Virus record (IMG/VR): IMGVR_UViG_3300005805_000108
Coordinates: 1 to 56,889 of that record
Length of the DNA stretch: 56,889 bases
Direction: 5' to 3' (one strand)
Origin: a virus
Lineage: Duplodnaviria; Caudoviricetes
The notes below the pieces were generated by a model, which was not told the origin of the DNA, made no database searches, and worked only from the letters and a program-made list of their open reading frames with translations. Below are positions 1-10,313 of this stretch, one piece after another. The translations under genes and the position numbers were made by a program. How positions within the stretch are numbered: position 1 is the stretch's first letter; every line of letters begins with the position of its first letter.

Positions 1-28
1 GCAACATATTTTATACTAAAATACAAAA

Positions 29-577
29 CTACTTAATACCTATAGTCATAAATCTTGCAAAGCCCCATGTAGGATATTCAAACTGTAATTTTCCGGCAAA
101 TTTTATCTCACTTAAGGGATATAAGGCTTTAAATTCTTCTAAAGTATTAGTATTAATGTGATGATCATGATGCAGCATATTATTGCCCTGCAAAACTAAT
201 CTTTTCCCTTTAGGTATACGTTCAAACCATTCATTAGAGTCAAAGTGTTCGGTACTAGTATTAATTATAAGATCTGCATGTGAACTATCAATGTTATTGC
301 AATCTTTGGTAAATGCTTTAAACTTCCAATTTTGCCACACCCAATTTTCATTTAGTGCATCTGCAATTTCCTGACAGGCTGGATCTATATCATAGCTTTC
401 TATTTTTTGGACTTTGAAATTGCCTCTGGTTAATAGTAAAAAACTCGCCATACCATACCAACCACCATAAATGTGAGTGAGGGCGCTATACCATCCAGTT
501 TGCTCGAGTTTTTCACATAACCATAATTTACTAGATATTTGTCCGCTGCTAAAACTATCCCTATTTAAAGTAATCAT
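29..577 (-). CDS. Class I SAM-dependent methyltransferase-like protein
   Basis: Gly-rich motif I (IYGGWYG), acidic motif II (SYDID) and downstream IINTSTEH strand, as in Rossmann-fold MTases. Confidence 0.7.
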   Translation of the reverse strand: MITLNRDSFSSGQISSKLWLCEKLEQTGWYSALTHIYGGWYGMASFLLLTRGNFKVQKIESYDIDPACQEIADALNENWVWQNWKFKAFTKDCNNIDSSHADLIINTSTEHFDSNEWFERIPKGKRLVLQGNNMLHHDHHINTNTLEEFKALYPLSEIKFAGKLQFEYPTWGFARFMTIGIK

Positions 578-2421
578 TATATATTGTAACCTTTATTTTT
601 TATATATTCATCTAGCCATTGCCAAGTATAACTTAATTCTAAATCAGCTAAATTTCCATCGACTGTGTCGTAATACGAATGTGCATCTTCTGCTCCTAAA
701 ATTGACCAAGCAGCGTAATCCCCTTCTGCTTTAGTACTCCATAATTTTAATCTATAGGAATTTTCTACCGTAGGATTTACAGATTGATAGTGTTTAAGTT
801 TGACGACTTCTCTAAAAGCGGTTCTCCAAGTTGTTTTAGGATCTTGATTAAAATAAGCAGTGCCACTTAAAATAGGCACAACTTCATGTGGCTTACTCAT
901 TGTAAAATCTAAACCTGGTTTATCTGTAGCTAATACAAGATTTTTGTTATAAGCAATCATACCCATATGGCCATATTCTAAGGTATTCACAGGATTATGT
1001 GCATGAAAAATATAGTGTTTAGGTTGTTGAAAAAAATCAGGCATCCAAGTCCAATCAAAGTTTTGATTTACTTTTAATTTCGCAGGGACACAATAAAACC
1101 ATGGAGTTTTCACCCGAGTTGCAGCATGTTTTATAGCTGCAGTTCTACTATTAATACCTCTCACCCATATAACATTATTATTAACAGAATTTTCTAACCA
1201 TTTATAATATTGTTGTTCATTGGGTTCACCATTACTAATATATACAATATCCAACTGTGAAAGACCTTTATCGCCGAAATAATCATAACCAATTAGATTT
1301 TTCCTTATATAAGGATAATCATAAAATTGAAACCGTAAATACATCTTAATATCTTTAGGAACTAATGTGATAGCACCCGAGCGACTCAGCCGTTCTATCA
1401 CACGATCCTTTTGGCTCCATAAGCAAGGTAAATCTATCTTAGGTAGACTATCTTTTTGATTAGTAAATATAGTATAGGGAAAATTAAAATTATATTGTTT
1501 TACTATATCTATTAGATTATCATTATCATTATAATAGCAAACTGGTGTACTAAATCGTTCTACTGATTGATCTCTACAATAGTTTATAACCTTGAACCAA
1601 TCTAATAGTTCTAGGTCATACATTTGCTTATTAAACGATTCTATATTGATATAAAAAGTATCCCCTCTATAATCGACTGCATTCTTTCCATAAAACACAT
1701 GTATCATATGATTTTGAAACAAATCGGGATGCCAAGTAAAATCAAAATCACTATAATCACATATACTACTAATTACCCAGATTGTCTTAGAAGTTGCCAA
1801 ATTTACTGCTCTTTTCAATACATTAAGATGACTATCTACATATCTAATAGATTTAATGTTGGGCCATTTTGTTTTTAATTTTTCTAATTGGTGATTACTT
1901 CCATCATTCATAAAATCTATATAAAAAATTTCAGTGCTAGTTGTTGTTGCTTTCTGATCATTTACAGATTTGAAACCTGCAGAGCCTTTGTAAACTGGCC
2001 CACCTGTTGTTTGCCAATTTGTACCAAAATGATGTTCATAATCTATCTCTGAATGGTCAGGATGCCAACTGAAATCAAAAAGAGTTGTATCTATATTATC
2101 TGGTATTATCCAGTTATCTTTGTTTTCTTTACGCGGCACTATAGGGAAAGCATGAAATTTATATTCTAAATGCTTGGCGAATTGTTTACTAGCGAAATAC
2201 GTTAATCCGTTTCTTTGCCATTGACTAGGAAAAACGTGAACATATTTGTCATCGTAAGGCATACAGCGCCACTCGAAATTAAAATTAGAATAATCATTGT
2301 CACCATGCAATAACCAAAAAAATCTAGTTCGAGATAGATCGGCGGCCTCCTGAATGTTATCGACTGAACGCTCAAAGGCAAAAAGATTTGGGGGTTTGCC
2401 TATATAAAAAACATCAAACAT
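577..2421 (-). CDS. Multi-module glycosyltransferase-like (GT-A-like) protein
   Basis: Four internal repeats of an F-[DN]-[FW]-x-W-x-[PC] motif; C-terminal module resembles ORF 10310-11206 (LDIVYISNGEP...WRTAFREVVKL vs LDCIFLTYDEP...WRAGFREGVKM). Confidence 0.55.
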   Translation of the reverse strand: MFDVFYIGKPPNLFAFERSVDNIQEAADLSRTRFFWLLHGDNDYSNFNFEWRCMPYDDKYVHVFPSQWQRNGLTYFASKQFAKHLEYKFHAFPIVPRKENKDNWIIPDNIDTTLFDFSWHPDHSEIDYEHHFGTNWQTTGGPVYKGSAGFKSVNDQKATTTSTEIFYIDFMNDGSNHQLEKLKTKWPNIKSIRYVDSHLNVLKRAVNLATSKTIWVISSICDYSDFDFTWHPDLFQNHMIHVFYGKNAVDYRGDTFYINIESFNKQMYDLELLDWFKVINYCRDQSVERFSTPVCYYNDNDNLIDIVKQYNFNFPYTIFTNQKDSLPKIDLPCLWSQKDRVIERLSRSGAITLVPKDIKMYLRFQFYDYPYIRKNLIGYDYFGDKGLSQLDIVYISNGEPNEQQYYKWLENSVNNNVIWVRGINSRTAAIKHAATRVKTPWFYCVPAKLKVNQNFDWTWMPDFFQQPKHYIFHAHNPVNTLEYGHMGMIAYNKNLVLATDKPGLDFTMSKPHEVVPILSGTAYFNQDPKTTWRTAFREVVKLKHYQSVNPTVENSYRLKLWSTKAEGDYAAWSILGAEDAHSYYDTVDGNLADLELSYTWQWLDEYIKNKGYNI

Positions 2422-2937
2422 CTATATTTGTTCTATCTGAATTTTGCAGCGATTTAAAAAACTGATTCCGTCATCGTTACGATACTGATTTCTATAATAG
2501 ACATTTTTTATACCAGCCTGATAAATGCCTTTTGCGCATTCTAAGCAAGGACTGTGGGTCAAGAATAGACTAGCATTATCCCCAGATTCATTTGATCTCG
2601 CCAATTTCATCAATGCATTCATTTCCGCATGTAAGACTTCAGGTTTAGTTTTTAATCGATAACGTTTTGTAACTAGTCGATTATCAATCCAAAATTGTCC
2701 TTCCATTGGCCATTCGTGCCAAATTTCTTCTTTATCTAAATGTTCTATTTGATCGTAGGGCATGAATTCAATATATTCACAGTTGTTATCCCATCCCGCC
2801 GGTGTGCCGTTATATCCTAAACTTATAATTCTATCATCTTTTACTACAATTGCACCTACCTTAAGTCTAACTGCTGAACTCATCTCAGCAGTATGCTCAG
2901 CAACTTTCATATAAAATTCAATAAATTTTTTTTTCAT
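2422..2937 (-). CDS. cd: dCMP deaminase
   Basis: KVGAIVV, GYNG, HAEMNA and SPCLEC zinc-binding deaminase motifs. Confidence 0.93.
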   Translation of the reverse strand: MKKKFIEFYMKVAEHTAEMSSAVRLKVGAIVVKDDRIISLGYNGTPAGWDNNCEYIEFMPYDQIEHLDKEEIWHEWPMEGQFWIDNRLVTKRYRLKTKPEVLHAEMNALMKLARSNESGDNASLFLTHSPCLECAKGIYQAGIKNVYYRNQYRNDDGISFLNRCKIQIEQI

Positions 2938-2945
2938 GTAATAAC

Positions 2946-4166
2946 TTATTGTGTATCTACATTAAGAAATGATGCTTTTTTATCGCCTAATTCGCCGAAA
3001 TCTAATCCATTAAACTCCATACCACAGCATTGACCGCATTTAGCTGGGCGCATAGACTTATTCCCATCAGTAGCCCATGTGTCAGGAATCCATTGCTGAA
3101 AAATATCTAAATTAATTATGTCAAGAATATTGTTTTTGTGCATATTAAGCTTGTCTAGTCCACCTTGCAGTTCTATCAATTTGACATAATTTTCATCTCT
3201 AAATTTTCCATTAGTATTCATAAAGGGTTCAGAACCTAAGAAACAACAGGGTGCAACATGACCGCCTGCGCTGATAAAAAGTTCGTTATAATTTTGCGAC
3301 TCTCTTCCATTCTGTATTGCTCTACATCCGATTGTTAAGTTGGTGAGATCTATAGTTTTATATTCACCATTTACAAAACGTCTATCTAAATTTTTAACTC
3401 CGACAATATTTCGAAAATCATTTATTGTAATTGCCTGATATTTATTTTTTTGAAAGTAAGTAGCATCCTCGAAGCTATGCTTAAACTTAGTTTCATTGGG
3501 CTGTTTTAAATCATATAGATATTTTCCTTTCCAAAATACCTTATGTTTACCTTGGCCATTTTCATATGAATGCCATCTTGTAGTTCTTTTTACATTAAAA
3601 TTTGTAAAGCCTAAAGTCTTTGCTAACTCTCGAGCTTGCTCGACTTGATGTTCGTTATGTTCAAATACAATGTAATCCCAATGAGCTATACCGCCAGCGT
3701 CGATGTAAGCTCGGACATTTTCCATTATTTTTTTCCAGTTTGTATTTCTTCTATAAAGATGATTAGTGTCTTCTAATCCATCTAAACTAAATGTACAGTA
3801 ATTTCCGCCATTTTGTTCTTTTCGCATTTGACTGCCTAACTTATACCACCAATCGGGGGTTCGTAGACTGCCATTAGTGTTCATTGCAAGACCTATACCA
3901 GGACTCACTTGTCTTACATAGGCGTAAATATTGGCAAAATCTTTACAAGCACAGGGATCACCAAAATTACCGCAGGCTAAAATTTTTCTTAGGTTGCCAA
4001 GAAATGGCTCAGTCCATGCTGAAATAAAACTGTCTAGTGTCCACTCCGCATTTTCCAATGTTGGAATTTCAAATCCAAGATTTGAATATCGTGGACACAT
4101 AGGACAGGCACTATTACATTTATCGGTAGGTTCCCAATGTACTTGAGATATAGAGCCAGGCCACAT
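2946..4166 (-). CDS. Radical SAM protein with C-terminal SPASM/twitch-like Cys cluster
   Basis: CNSACPMC (CxxxCxxC), GNFGDP, TNG, FSLDG; C-terminal C...G.VAPCC...CGQCC. Confidence 0.9.
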   Translation of the reverse strand: MWPGSISQVHWEPTDKCNSACPMCPRYSNLGFEIPTLENAEWTLDSFISAWTEPFLGNLRKILACGNFGDPCACKDFANIYAYVRQVSPGIGLAMNTNGSLRTPDWWYKLGSQMRKEQNGGNYCTFSLDGLEDTNHLYRRNTNWKKIMENVRAYIDAGGIAHWDYIVFEHNEHQVEQARELAKTLGFTNFNVKRTTRWHSYENGQGKHKVFWKGKYLYDLKQPNETKFKHSFEDATYFQKNKYQAITINDFRNIVGVKNLDRRFVNGEYKTIDLTNLTIGCRAIQNGRESQNYNELFISAGGHVAPCCFLGSEPFMNTNGKFRDENYVKLIELQGGLDKLNMHKNNILDIINLDIFQQWIPDTWATDGNKSMRPAKCGQCCGMEFNGLDFGELGDKKASFLNVDTQ

Positions 4167-4190
4167 TTAATATTCCTTTGATTTGTTTCA

Positions 4191-4215
4191 ATAAATATCG
4201 ATATCAATATTTATA
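4191..4215. promoter_or_regulatory. Palindromic pair of T4-type late promoter boxes serving divergent genes
   Basis: ATAAATA on + (4191-4197) and TATAAATA on - (4208-4215) within the near-perfect palindrome ATAAATATCGATATCAATATTTAT. Confidence 0.55.
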
Positions 4216-4239
4216 TACTGGGTCTACAAATATAAAATA

Positions 4240-4878
4240 ATGGAATCAAAACACGCTTTATTAATCGGTTGCGGGTCTAAATGGGGAGCATCATTTACGA
4301 AACAATTAGCTGATCAAAATTATTCTATAGATCTAATTACAGGGTCTGACTTAACTTATCATAACGTGAACAATATCAGAATAAATTGGCTTACTCTTAC
4401 ACCATCAATTATTGAATCTCTACTTGATCCCAATAAAAAGTACGATTTAATATTTTTTAATCAGAACTCGGGCGGTTCCCCAAACGAGCATTTCTTAAAA
4501 AGTGGCAATAAATTAGATATAAATTCATGGAATCATAATATTTGGCTTAATTGTCAGCTACCTTATATTGTTGTTCAACATCTTACGAAAAGTATTTCTC
4601 ATACTACTAAAATTGGGTGGATGTTAACGGGTTTGATAGTAGGGAAAGAAAAAAACTTTTTTAAGTATGCAGGTTATGCCTCTGCAAAATCAACAAATCT
4701 TCATATTATGCGAGGGTTCAGTGAATTTCATCATGGAATTTTTTTTGCCATAAATCCAATTTGGTTTCCAATTGAAAATTATACAGAGGATGCAAAACAG
4801 ATTCATAAAATAATAGAAAATATATCAGCTGCAGATAATGGAAAAACTTTTAGAAAAGATGGAGTAGAATGGATATAA
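4240..4878 (+). CDS. Short-chain dehydrogenase/reductase-like protein
   Basis: N-terminal ALLIGCGSKWG Rossmann motif, DLIFFN strand, YASAK (YxxxK). Confidence 0.7.
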   Translation: MESKHALLIGCGSKWGASFTKQLADQNYSIDLITGSDLTYHNVNNIRINWLTLTPSIIESLLDPNKKYDLIFFNQNSGGSPNEHFLKSGNKLDINSWNHNIWLNCQLPYIVVQHLTKSISHTTKIGWMLTGLIVGKEKNFFKYAGYASAKSTNLHIMRGFSEFHHGIFFAINPIWFPIENYTEDAKQIHKIIENISAADNGKTFRKDGVEWI

Positions 4879-4926
4879 TAATATCTTTGACAAGGAATTA
4901 TGAATTAATGTCAGAATCGGCCTTTT

Positions 4927-5523
4927 TTAAATAGCACAATCAACTAGAATAATTCTTCTATTTTCATAACAATAGGGTACAGAATGCCAGGTCAATTCTG
5001 TATTGGCCCAAAAAGTTCCTGTAAATTTTTTTGTATTAGCAATATGAAATACTTCTTTATCATCAATGATTTTACCTTGATCAAGCCATGGTAACTCTCT
5101 TTTTGCAAAATGGGTAGAAATATTATTATCCTGTACATTGATAATTCCTGACACTATTGCCCATCTATTATCCAAGTGCCATGGCATACTAAAACCAGGT
5201 TTACATAATTTTTTACTTAATCTTATTTGTTTTAACAAATTTTCTCTTTTTCCGATACTGCCTTCAAAAAAAGGAAATCTAAGGTATTCTATATCTAATA
5301 TTTTATTAACTATTTCGATTACGCATTTTTTTAAAATTTTGTTTCCAATTTCAATGAAATTAGGATCTGCACTAAAATTAATTCGATTAGTCGAAACATA
5401 TAGATTACCATAATTAATATCGTGAGCACCATACTCAAATGTAGGCAAAAAATCTATACCAGTTAATTCTTCGAATTCTACATCTATTATGGCAGGGTTG
5501 TCAGATACTATTGTTAATTTCAT
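4927..5523 (-). CDS. 2OG-Fe(II) oxygenase superfamily protein
   Basis: PWHLD (HxD), distal WHSV and RRIIL arginine, matching the facial triad plus 2OG-binding Arg. Confidence 0.75.
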   Translation of the reverse strand: MKLTIVSDNPAIIDVEFEELTGIDFLPTFEYGAHDINYGNLYVSTNRINFSADPNFIEIGNKILKKCVIEIVNKILDIEYLRFPFFEGSIGKRENLLKQIRLSKKLCKPGFSMPWHLDNRWAIVSGIINVQDNNISTHFAKRELPWLDQGKIIDDKEVFHIANTKKFTGTFWANTELTWHSVPYCYENRRIILVDCAI

Positions 5524-5535
5524 ATATAAAAATAT

Positions 5536-6738
5536 TTACCATAATTCTATATTAAACTTATTAGCTAAGTCTTTCATATAAGGTAAAACATAAAACAAAT
5601 TTTGTTTTCTGTATAGATCTAATTGTTTAGTATATGTAAAAAATCTCACTACATCCTGATAATCGATACTTTTAGATTTTTCATAGGCACTTTCATAATT
5701 TTGCATTAAGTTTTGCCATGCATGAATCTTAGGATCGAGTTTTTGTTTTAGTAAATCAAGTTGCTTTTCAAGCACCATAGTGGGTGTTAATTCAAGATAG
5801 TTATTTCCTGTTACTGTAATAAACCAATAACCATATTGTACACCTATGTGTTGAAATCTAGTAATTAATGGCAGCATATTTTCAGCATTTAAATTTTGAT
5901 TTACAACAGATATTCCTAATTTAAGATTAGAGTATTGATTTTTATAGTCTATTGCTAACTTCATATTTTCATAGACTTTTTGAAAATTCCCAGGCCATCT
6001 TATATATTCGTAAACTGCATCAGTACCGTCTATACTTGCATTAACTTCAACTTTTTTAAATTTAGTCCAATATGCAAAAAACTTTTTAATATCTATATGC
6101 ATATTTGTATTATATTTTATATGAATTTGCCCTGCTCTATTTTGATCGATCAAAGTTCGTAATATTTTTTCATGAAACTCGTTAATTAAAGGCTCACCAC
6201 CTATAAAATATATATAGTTTAAGTTAGTGCATTTTGCAATTAAATCTAATATCTTTTTTTCTTCATTCTCACCAAAATCAATTAATCCTTTTTTACCTGA
6301 TGGATCATTGAAGATTCCTATATCTATTAAGTTTTTAGCCAATAAACTACTACTATACTTGTTGCACATTCTACAAGCTAAATTACATTTGTTACCCAAT
6401 GTAATATCTAAATATTCAATATCGTTAAAATCAATATGTTGATTTTTATAATATTCCACGTCTTTTACTCTATGCAAATTATTTAAAAGTTCTCTGTAAC
6501 TTGTCATTCCCTGATCTTCTAAATCCCAACACCTTTTGCATAGTTCTGACCTATCATCATTTATGAAATCCTGTCTTAATTTTTTAATATTTTCATGATT
6601 TATTATTTCATCAACTGATATATTTGTAATTTTTTTTCCAAAACCAGAATTGTATGCATTACAACAAGGTCTTAATTGACCTGTGGCAGAAAAACTTATA
6701 CTGTTAAATGGCAATACACAAAAATTTTTTAGAGTCAT
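5536..6738 (-). CDS. Radical SAM protein with N-terminal twitch-like Cys domain
   Basis: N-terminal FCVLPF...RPCC...CKRCW; CNLACRMC; GGEP; ASIDG; YEYIRWP. Confidence 0.9.
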   Translation of the reverse strand: MTLKNFCVLPFNSISFSATGQLRPCCNAYNSGFGKKITNISVDEIINHENIKKLRQDFINDDRSELCKRCWDLEDQGMTSYRELLNNLHRVKDVEYYKNQHIDFNDIEYLDITLGNKCNLACRMCNKYSSSLLAKNLIDIGIFNDPSGKKGLIDFGENEEKKILDLIAKCTNLNYIYFIGGEPLINEFHEKILRTLIDQNRAGQIHIKYNTNMHIDIKKFFAYWTKFKKVEVNASIDGTDAVYEYIRWPGNFQKVYENMKLAIDYKNQYSNLKLGISVVNQNLNAENMLPLITRFQHIGVQYGYWFITVTGNNYLELTPTMVLEKQLDLLKQKLDPKIHAWQNLMQNYESAYEKSKSIDYQDVVRFFTYTKQLDLYRKQNLFYVLPYMKDLANKFNIELW

Positions 6739-6746
6739 ATTTAAGG

Positions 6747-8099
6747 TTATTTGTTATAGATATCTTTACATAAATTATAAAAATCTCTGTATTCAGGAAA
6801 AGTCTGTAATAGATCGGTGCCTAATCTGCGATCATTTTCAGTAAAAAAAGAGTAAAAATCTCTTCTTCCCTGCATAATTTTTTCTTCGCTAATAGTATGT
6901 TCTTTCATATAATTAGTAAGACGTTTAAATTTTTCGTATTCTATACTGGTAAACCAATTCATATTTTCTTGAATAAAATTTAACGTTTTGTCCATATAGG
7001 GAATAAAGTCCGGGGTTAAGATTTTTATCATCCAGTGCGGTGGCTCTTTAAGATATGGAGTATCAAAAGATATTGCATGCTGACCTTTTAATTGACGCAA
7101 TTCAATTACTTTTTCTAATAGTTTTTGAAAATTAGTGACACAAAGTACATTAAATGTACACATAAGATTAACGGTTGCACCAGAGTCTATTACTGCTTTG
7201 ACATTTCTTTCCCAATGTTCGCAATTTAAACCTGTACGCATATATTCAGCTTGAGGGCCCCAGCTATCTATGCTAGTATAAAAATTAAATTGTTTAATTT
7301 TTTTAGTGGCTAATAAGTTGGAAACTCTTTCTAATAGTCGATCTACTTTAGCAAAACTTACTCCAAGATTACTATTAAGAGTAATTTGTAATTCCGGTGC
7401 AGGTTCATTTTCTAGTAGATCAAAAAACTGCATCGCTGCAGGATTCATTAAAGGTTCACCCCCTGTAATTCTTAGAGTATGAAGATCTTTTCTTAGCTCT
7501 GGCCACCATCGCCAAAACGCTTCGATATAAGGATTATTATCTTTAGGTCCATAATAACTACCTCTATCTAAAAATTCTATTCCGTATTGATTATAAGTTA
7601 AATCATAATTGCCATGCTTTTTAATTTCTTCTACCCATTGAGTGCTAGCTTGCGGGCAACAATAACCACATCTAAAATTACAACTATTACCAAAGCTAAC
7701 TTCTAAGTATTTTGGGTTAATATTTTGATCCCATGGTAACTTAGCTATTTTGTCAATTAAAGGCACACTATAGTTGCTACTACTATGAAACATACGATCA
7801 CTAAAATGTTCCCCTGGTAAATCTTCTATATTCCAACAATAATAGCATTCGTCGGGTCTTTGCCCTTCAAGCATTTTTTTCCGTTGTTCTTTTTTCCATG
7901 AGGTATTATGTAACGCCGCTGGATCTTTTTCTATTTCATCCAATTCTATATGATGTGGTCTAGGATGATAACAACTATGATTATCTCCTGTGTGAAGATA
8001 TAGAGTTTGATGCAACCATTTCATTGTACAGAAACTTGGACTTACACGATTTAACTTGTCCCTAACTACTTTAACATAGGTAATATGATTTTCATTCAT
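6747..8099 (-). CDS. Radical SAM protein with N-terminal twitch-like domain
   Basis: CTMKW...SCYHP...CYYCW; CNFRCGYC; TGGEP; SIDSWG. Confidence 0.9.
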   Translation of the reverse strand: MNENHITYVKVVRDKLNRVSPSFCTMKWLHQTLYLHTGDNHSCYHPRPHHIELDEIEKDPAALHNTSWKKEQRKKMLEGQRPDECYYCWNIEDLPGEHFSDRMFHSSSNYSVPLIDKIAKLPWDQNINPKYLEVSFGNSCNFRCGYCCPQASTQWVEEIKKHGNYDLTYNQYGIEFLDRGSYYGPKDNNPYIEAFWRWWPELRKDLHTLRITGGEPLMNPAAMQFFDLLENEPAPELQITLNSNLGVSFAKVDRLLERVSNLLATKKIKQFNFYTSIDSWGPQAEYMRTGLNCEHWERNVKAVIDSGATVNLMCTFNVLCVTNFQKLLEKVIELRQLKGQHAISFDTPYLKEPPHWMIKILTPDFIPYMDKTLNFIQENMNWFTSIEYEKFKRLTNYMKEHTISEEKIMQGRRDFYSFFTENDRRLGTDLLQTFPEYRDFYNLCKDIYNK

Positions 8100-9487
8100 A
8101 ATGATTCACTAAAATATTTGCATTGTCTAAAAAATTCTTCCATTTCAGGAAAAGTTTGTAGAAAATTTGTGTTACGTCTGCGATCGTGTTCAGAAAAAAA
8201 TCGATAGAAATTTGCTTTTTGTTTTTTAACATATTCATCGCTCAGAGTTTTTCCTTGACGCATCCAATCTATTAGTCTATCTAATCTTTGCAACTCATAA
8301 TCTTTAAATCCCTTATAAGGATTTTCGGGAGTTTCTATATGTTTAAGCATAAAAGCCCATGCATGTTCTAGATTATCTTCATAGCTTTCTGGTAATAATT
8401 GAATACTTTGCCATTCTGGTTTATATAGTATAGGAGTATCAAACCATACCCGTTGATAAGTTTTACTATAAATCTGTCTAAGGCCATGAATAGCATTTAT
8501 AAGCGATTGAAACCCTGTTACATTTAAATTATTCATTGTTATTATAAATGTTAAACTGCTTCTATTAGGAACTTCTGCTAAAAATCTATTTACATTATTC
8601 CATAACCTTTCAAAATTTAATCCATGTCTTATATATTCAGCCTGATTAAATGTTGAGTCTAAACTAACATATTGCATAAAATGTTCTAATTTTTTATTAT
8701 CTTGATCGCATAGCCGTTTAAGATAATCTAAATACTTTTCAAATATTTTATCTTCTACACTAAAATTACTAGTAACATTTAAATGTAAATGTTCACTAGG
8801 GTGCTCTAGAACATAATCAAATACACGATAGGTGTTGGGATCCATTAAGGGTTCACCGCCTGTCATTCTAAAATGATCTAAATTTGGGTATAACTCTGGC
8901 CACCATCTCCAGAAAGCATCCACATAAGGATTATGCTCACGCGATGGAATAGGTCTTCTAGTACCAGTAAAATGATCAGGGCTGTTATGAGGTGGATTAG
9001 TAGGATAAGCCCCCATTCTTTGAATTTCATCGTGCCATGTCGAACTAAATTGTGGACTACAATAACTACATTTAAGATTACAAGCATGATTAAAATTAAC
9101 TTCCACGTAACTAGGTATGACATCTTCATTTCCTGTACTATTTTTTATTTTGGTAAAATGCCTAGCAGCCCAGGGCTCACCACTTCTATAGTGCCTATCA
9201 CTAAGTTGATCATTGTTTTCTATGTTCCAACAATATTGACATTCCCCAGGACGTTCATTTTTTAACATAATTTTACGTTGTATTTTTTTATGTTCAGTAT
9301 TATGCAGGGCACTGGGATTGTCAATAAGCTTATCTACTTCTATTCGATGTAAAGGCGGATGATAGCAACTATTATTCAATCCTGTGGGTAAGTGTAAACT
9401 TACCTGTTGCCATTTTGCTAAACATAAAGCAGGGCCTAATTCAGCACGCATCTGTTCTGCTGCACTCATAAAGACACTTTTAGTCAT
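8096..9487 (-). CDS. Radical SAM protein, paralog of 6747-8099
   Basis: CLAKW...SCYHP...CQYCW; CNLKCSYC; TGGEP; C-terminal FY.FF.E.DRR...FPE shared with neighbour. Confidence 0.9.
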   Translation of the reverse strand: MTKSVFMSAAEQMRAELGPALCLAKWQQVSLHLPTGLNNSCYHPPLHRIEVDKLIDNPSALHNTEHKKIQRKIMLKNERPGECQYCWNIENNDQLSDRHYRSGEPWAARHFTKIKNSTGNEDVIPSYVEVNFNHACNLKCSYCSPQFSSTWHDEIQRMGAYPTNPPHNSPDHFTGTRRPIPSREHNPYVDAFWRWWPELYPNLDHFRMTGGEPLMDPNTYRVFDYVLEHPSEHLHLNVTSNFSVEDKIFEKYLDYLKRLCDQDNKKLEHFMQYVSLDSTFNQAEYIRHGLNFERLWNNVNRFLAEVPNRSSLTFIITMNNLNVTGFQSLINAIHGLRQIYSKTYQRVWFDTPILYKPEWQSIQLLPESYEDNLEHAWAFMLKHIETPENPYKGFKDYELQRLDRLIDWMRQGKTLSDEYVKKQKANFYRFFSEHDRRRNTNFLQTFPEMEEFFRQCKYFSESL

Positions 9488-10313
9488 CGCTAATCATGTC
9501 CTCTATAATACCGTGCATATCGTACTTTGGTATGTATCCTAGTGCTCGTAATTTATCATTTTTTAACCACATACTATGTACCTGAACTGTTTGATGAAAT
9601 TTAGGAACAGCTATAGGTATAATTTTTCCGGGATTGTTAATTAAACTATAAGCATAATTGATAATTTCTTTAAAGAGATAAGGAATACCATTGCTAATAT
9701 TATAAATTTCATTTAGATTACCTTTTTCTAAAATTAAATTAATAGCAACAGCTACATCATTATTATGTATATAATCTCTATATAAATTACCATTATCATA
9801 AAGATTTACATTACGTCCCGCTTTAAGTTCATTGATCATAAATTGAAGAGCATTTTTTTGTGCGCTGGCATTGTTATCTCCACGTCCTGCTACATTGGCT
9901 AATCGCAATATTCTATAGGAAATATTAAATGTTTCACAAAAACTAATTAATAGTTGTTCTGCACAACGCTTGGTAATACTATAAAAACCTTTAGGATTAC
10001 AGTATGTATCTTCGGCCGCAGGCACATTAGTATCGCCATACACGAACCAACTACTGATAAAATTAAATGTAATATCAGTATTTTTTAATTGTTCTAAAAC
10101 TTTCATTAGTAGTATTAAATTTGTTTCTATATCAATATAAGAGTCAGTTTTTACATTATAATTAGATACAGTTGAAATAAAATATACAATATGTTTACAA
10201 GCATGATTGATAGAGTAATCGTCACGCCGGTTAATAATACAATTAGCAGTATTTTTAACATAATTTCTACCCACAAACCCCGAACCACCAAATACTTGAA
10301 TATAATCTTTCAT
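9480..10313 (-). CDS. NAD-dependent nucleotide-sugar epimerase/dehydratase
   Basis: GGSGFVG, FISSWFVYG, YSITK (YxxxK), RLANV.G and RDYIH motifs of extended SDRs. Confidence 0.9.
   Translation of the reverse strand: MKDYIQVFGGSGFVGRNYVKNTANCIINRRDDYSINHACKHIVYFISTVSNYNVKTDSYIDIETNLILLMKVLEQLKNTDITFNFISSWFVYGDTNVPAAEDTYCNPKGFYSITKRCAEQLLISFCETFNISYRILRLANVAGRGDNNASAQKNALQFMINELKAGRNVNLYDNGNLYRDYIHNNDVAVAINLILEKGNLNEIYNISNGIPYLFKEIINYAYSLINNPGKIIPIAVPKFHQTVQVHSMWLKNDKLRALGYIPKYDMHGIIEDMISDD

Noticed and set aside
1-7. Possible start of a further minus-strand gene (CAT at 5-7)
   Set aside because: Only two codons fall inside the window, so it cannot be supported.
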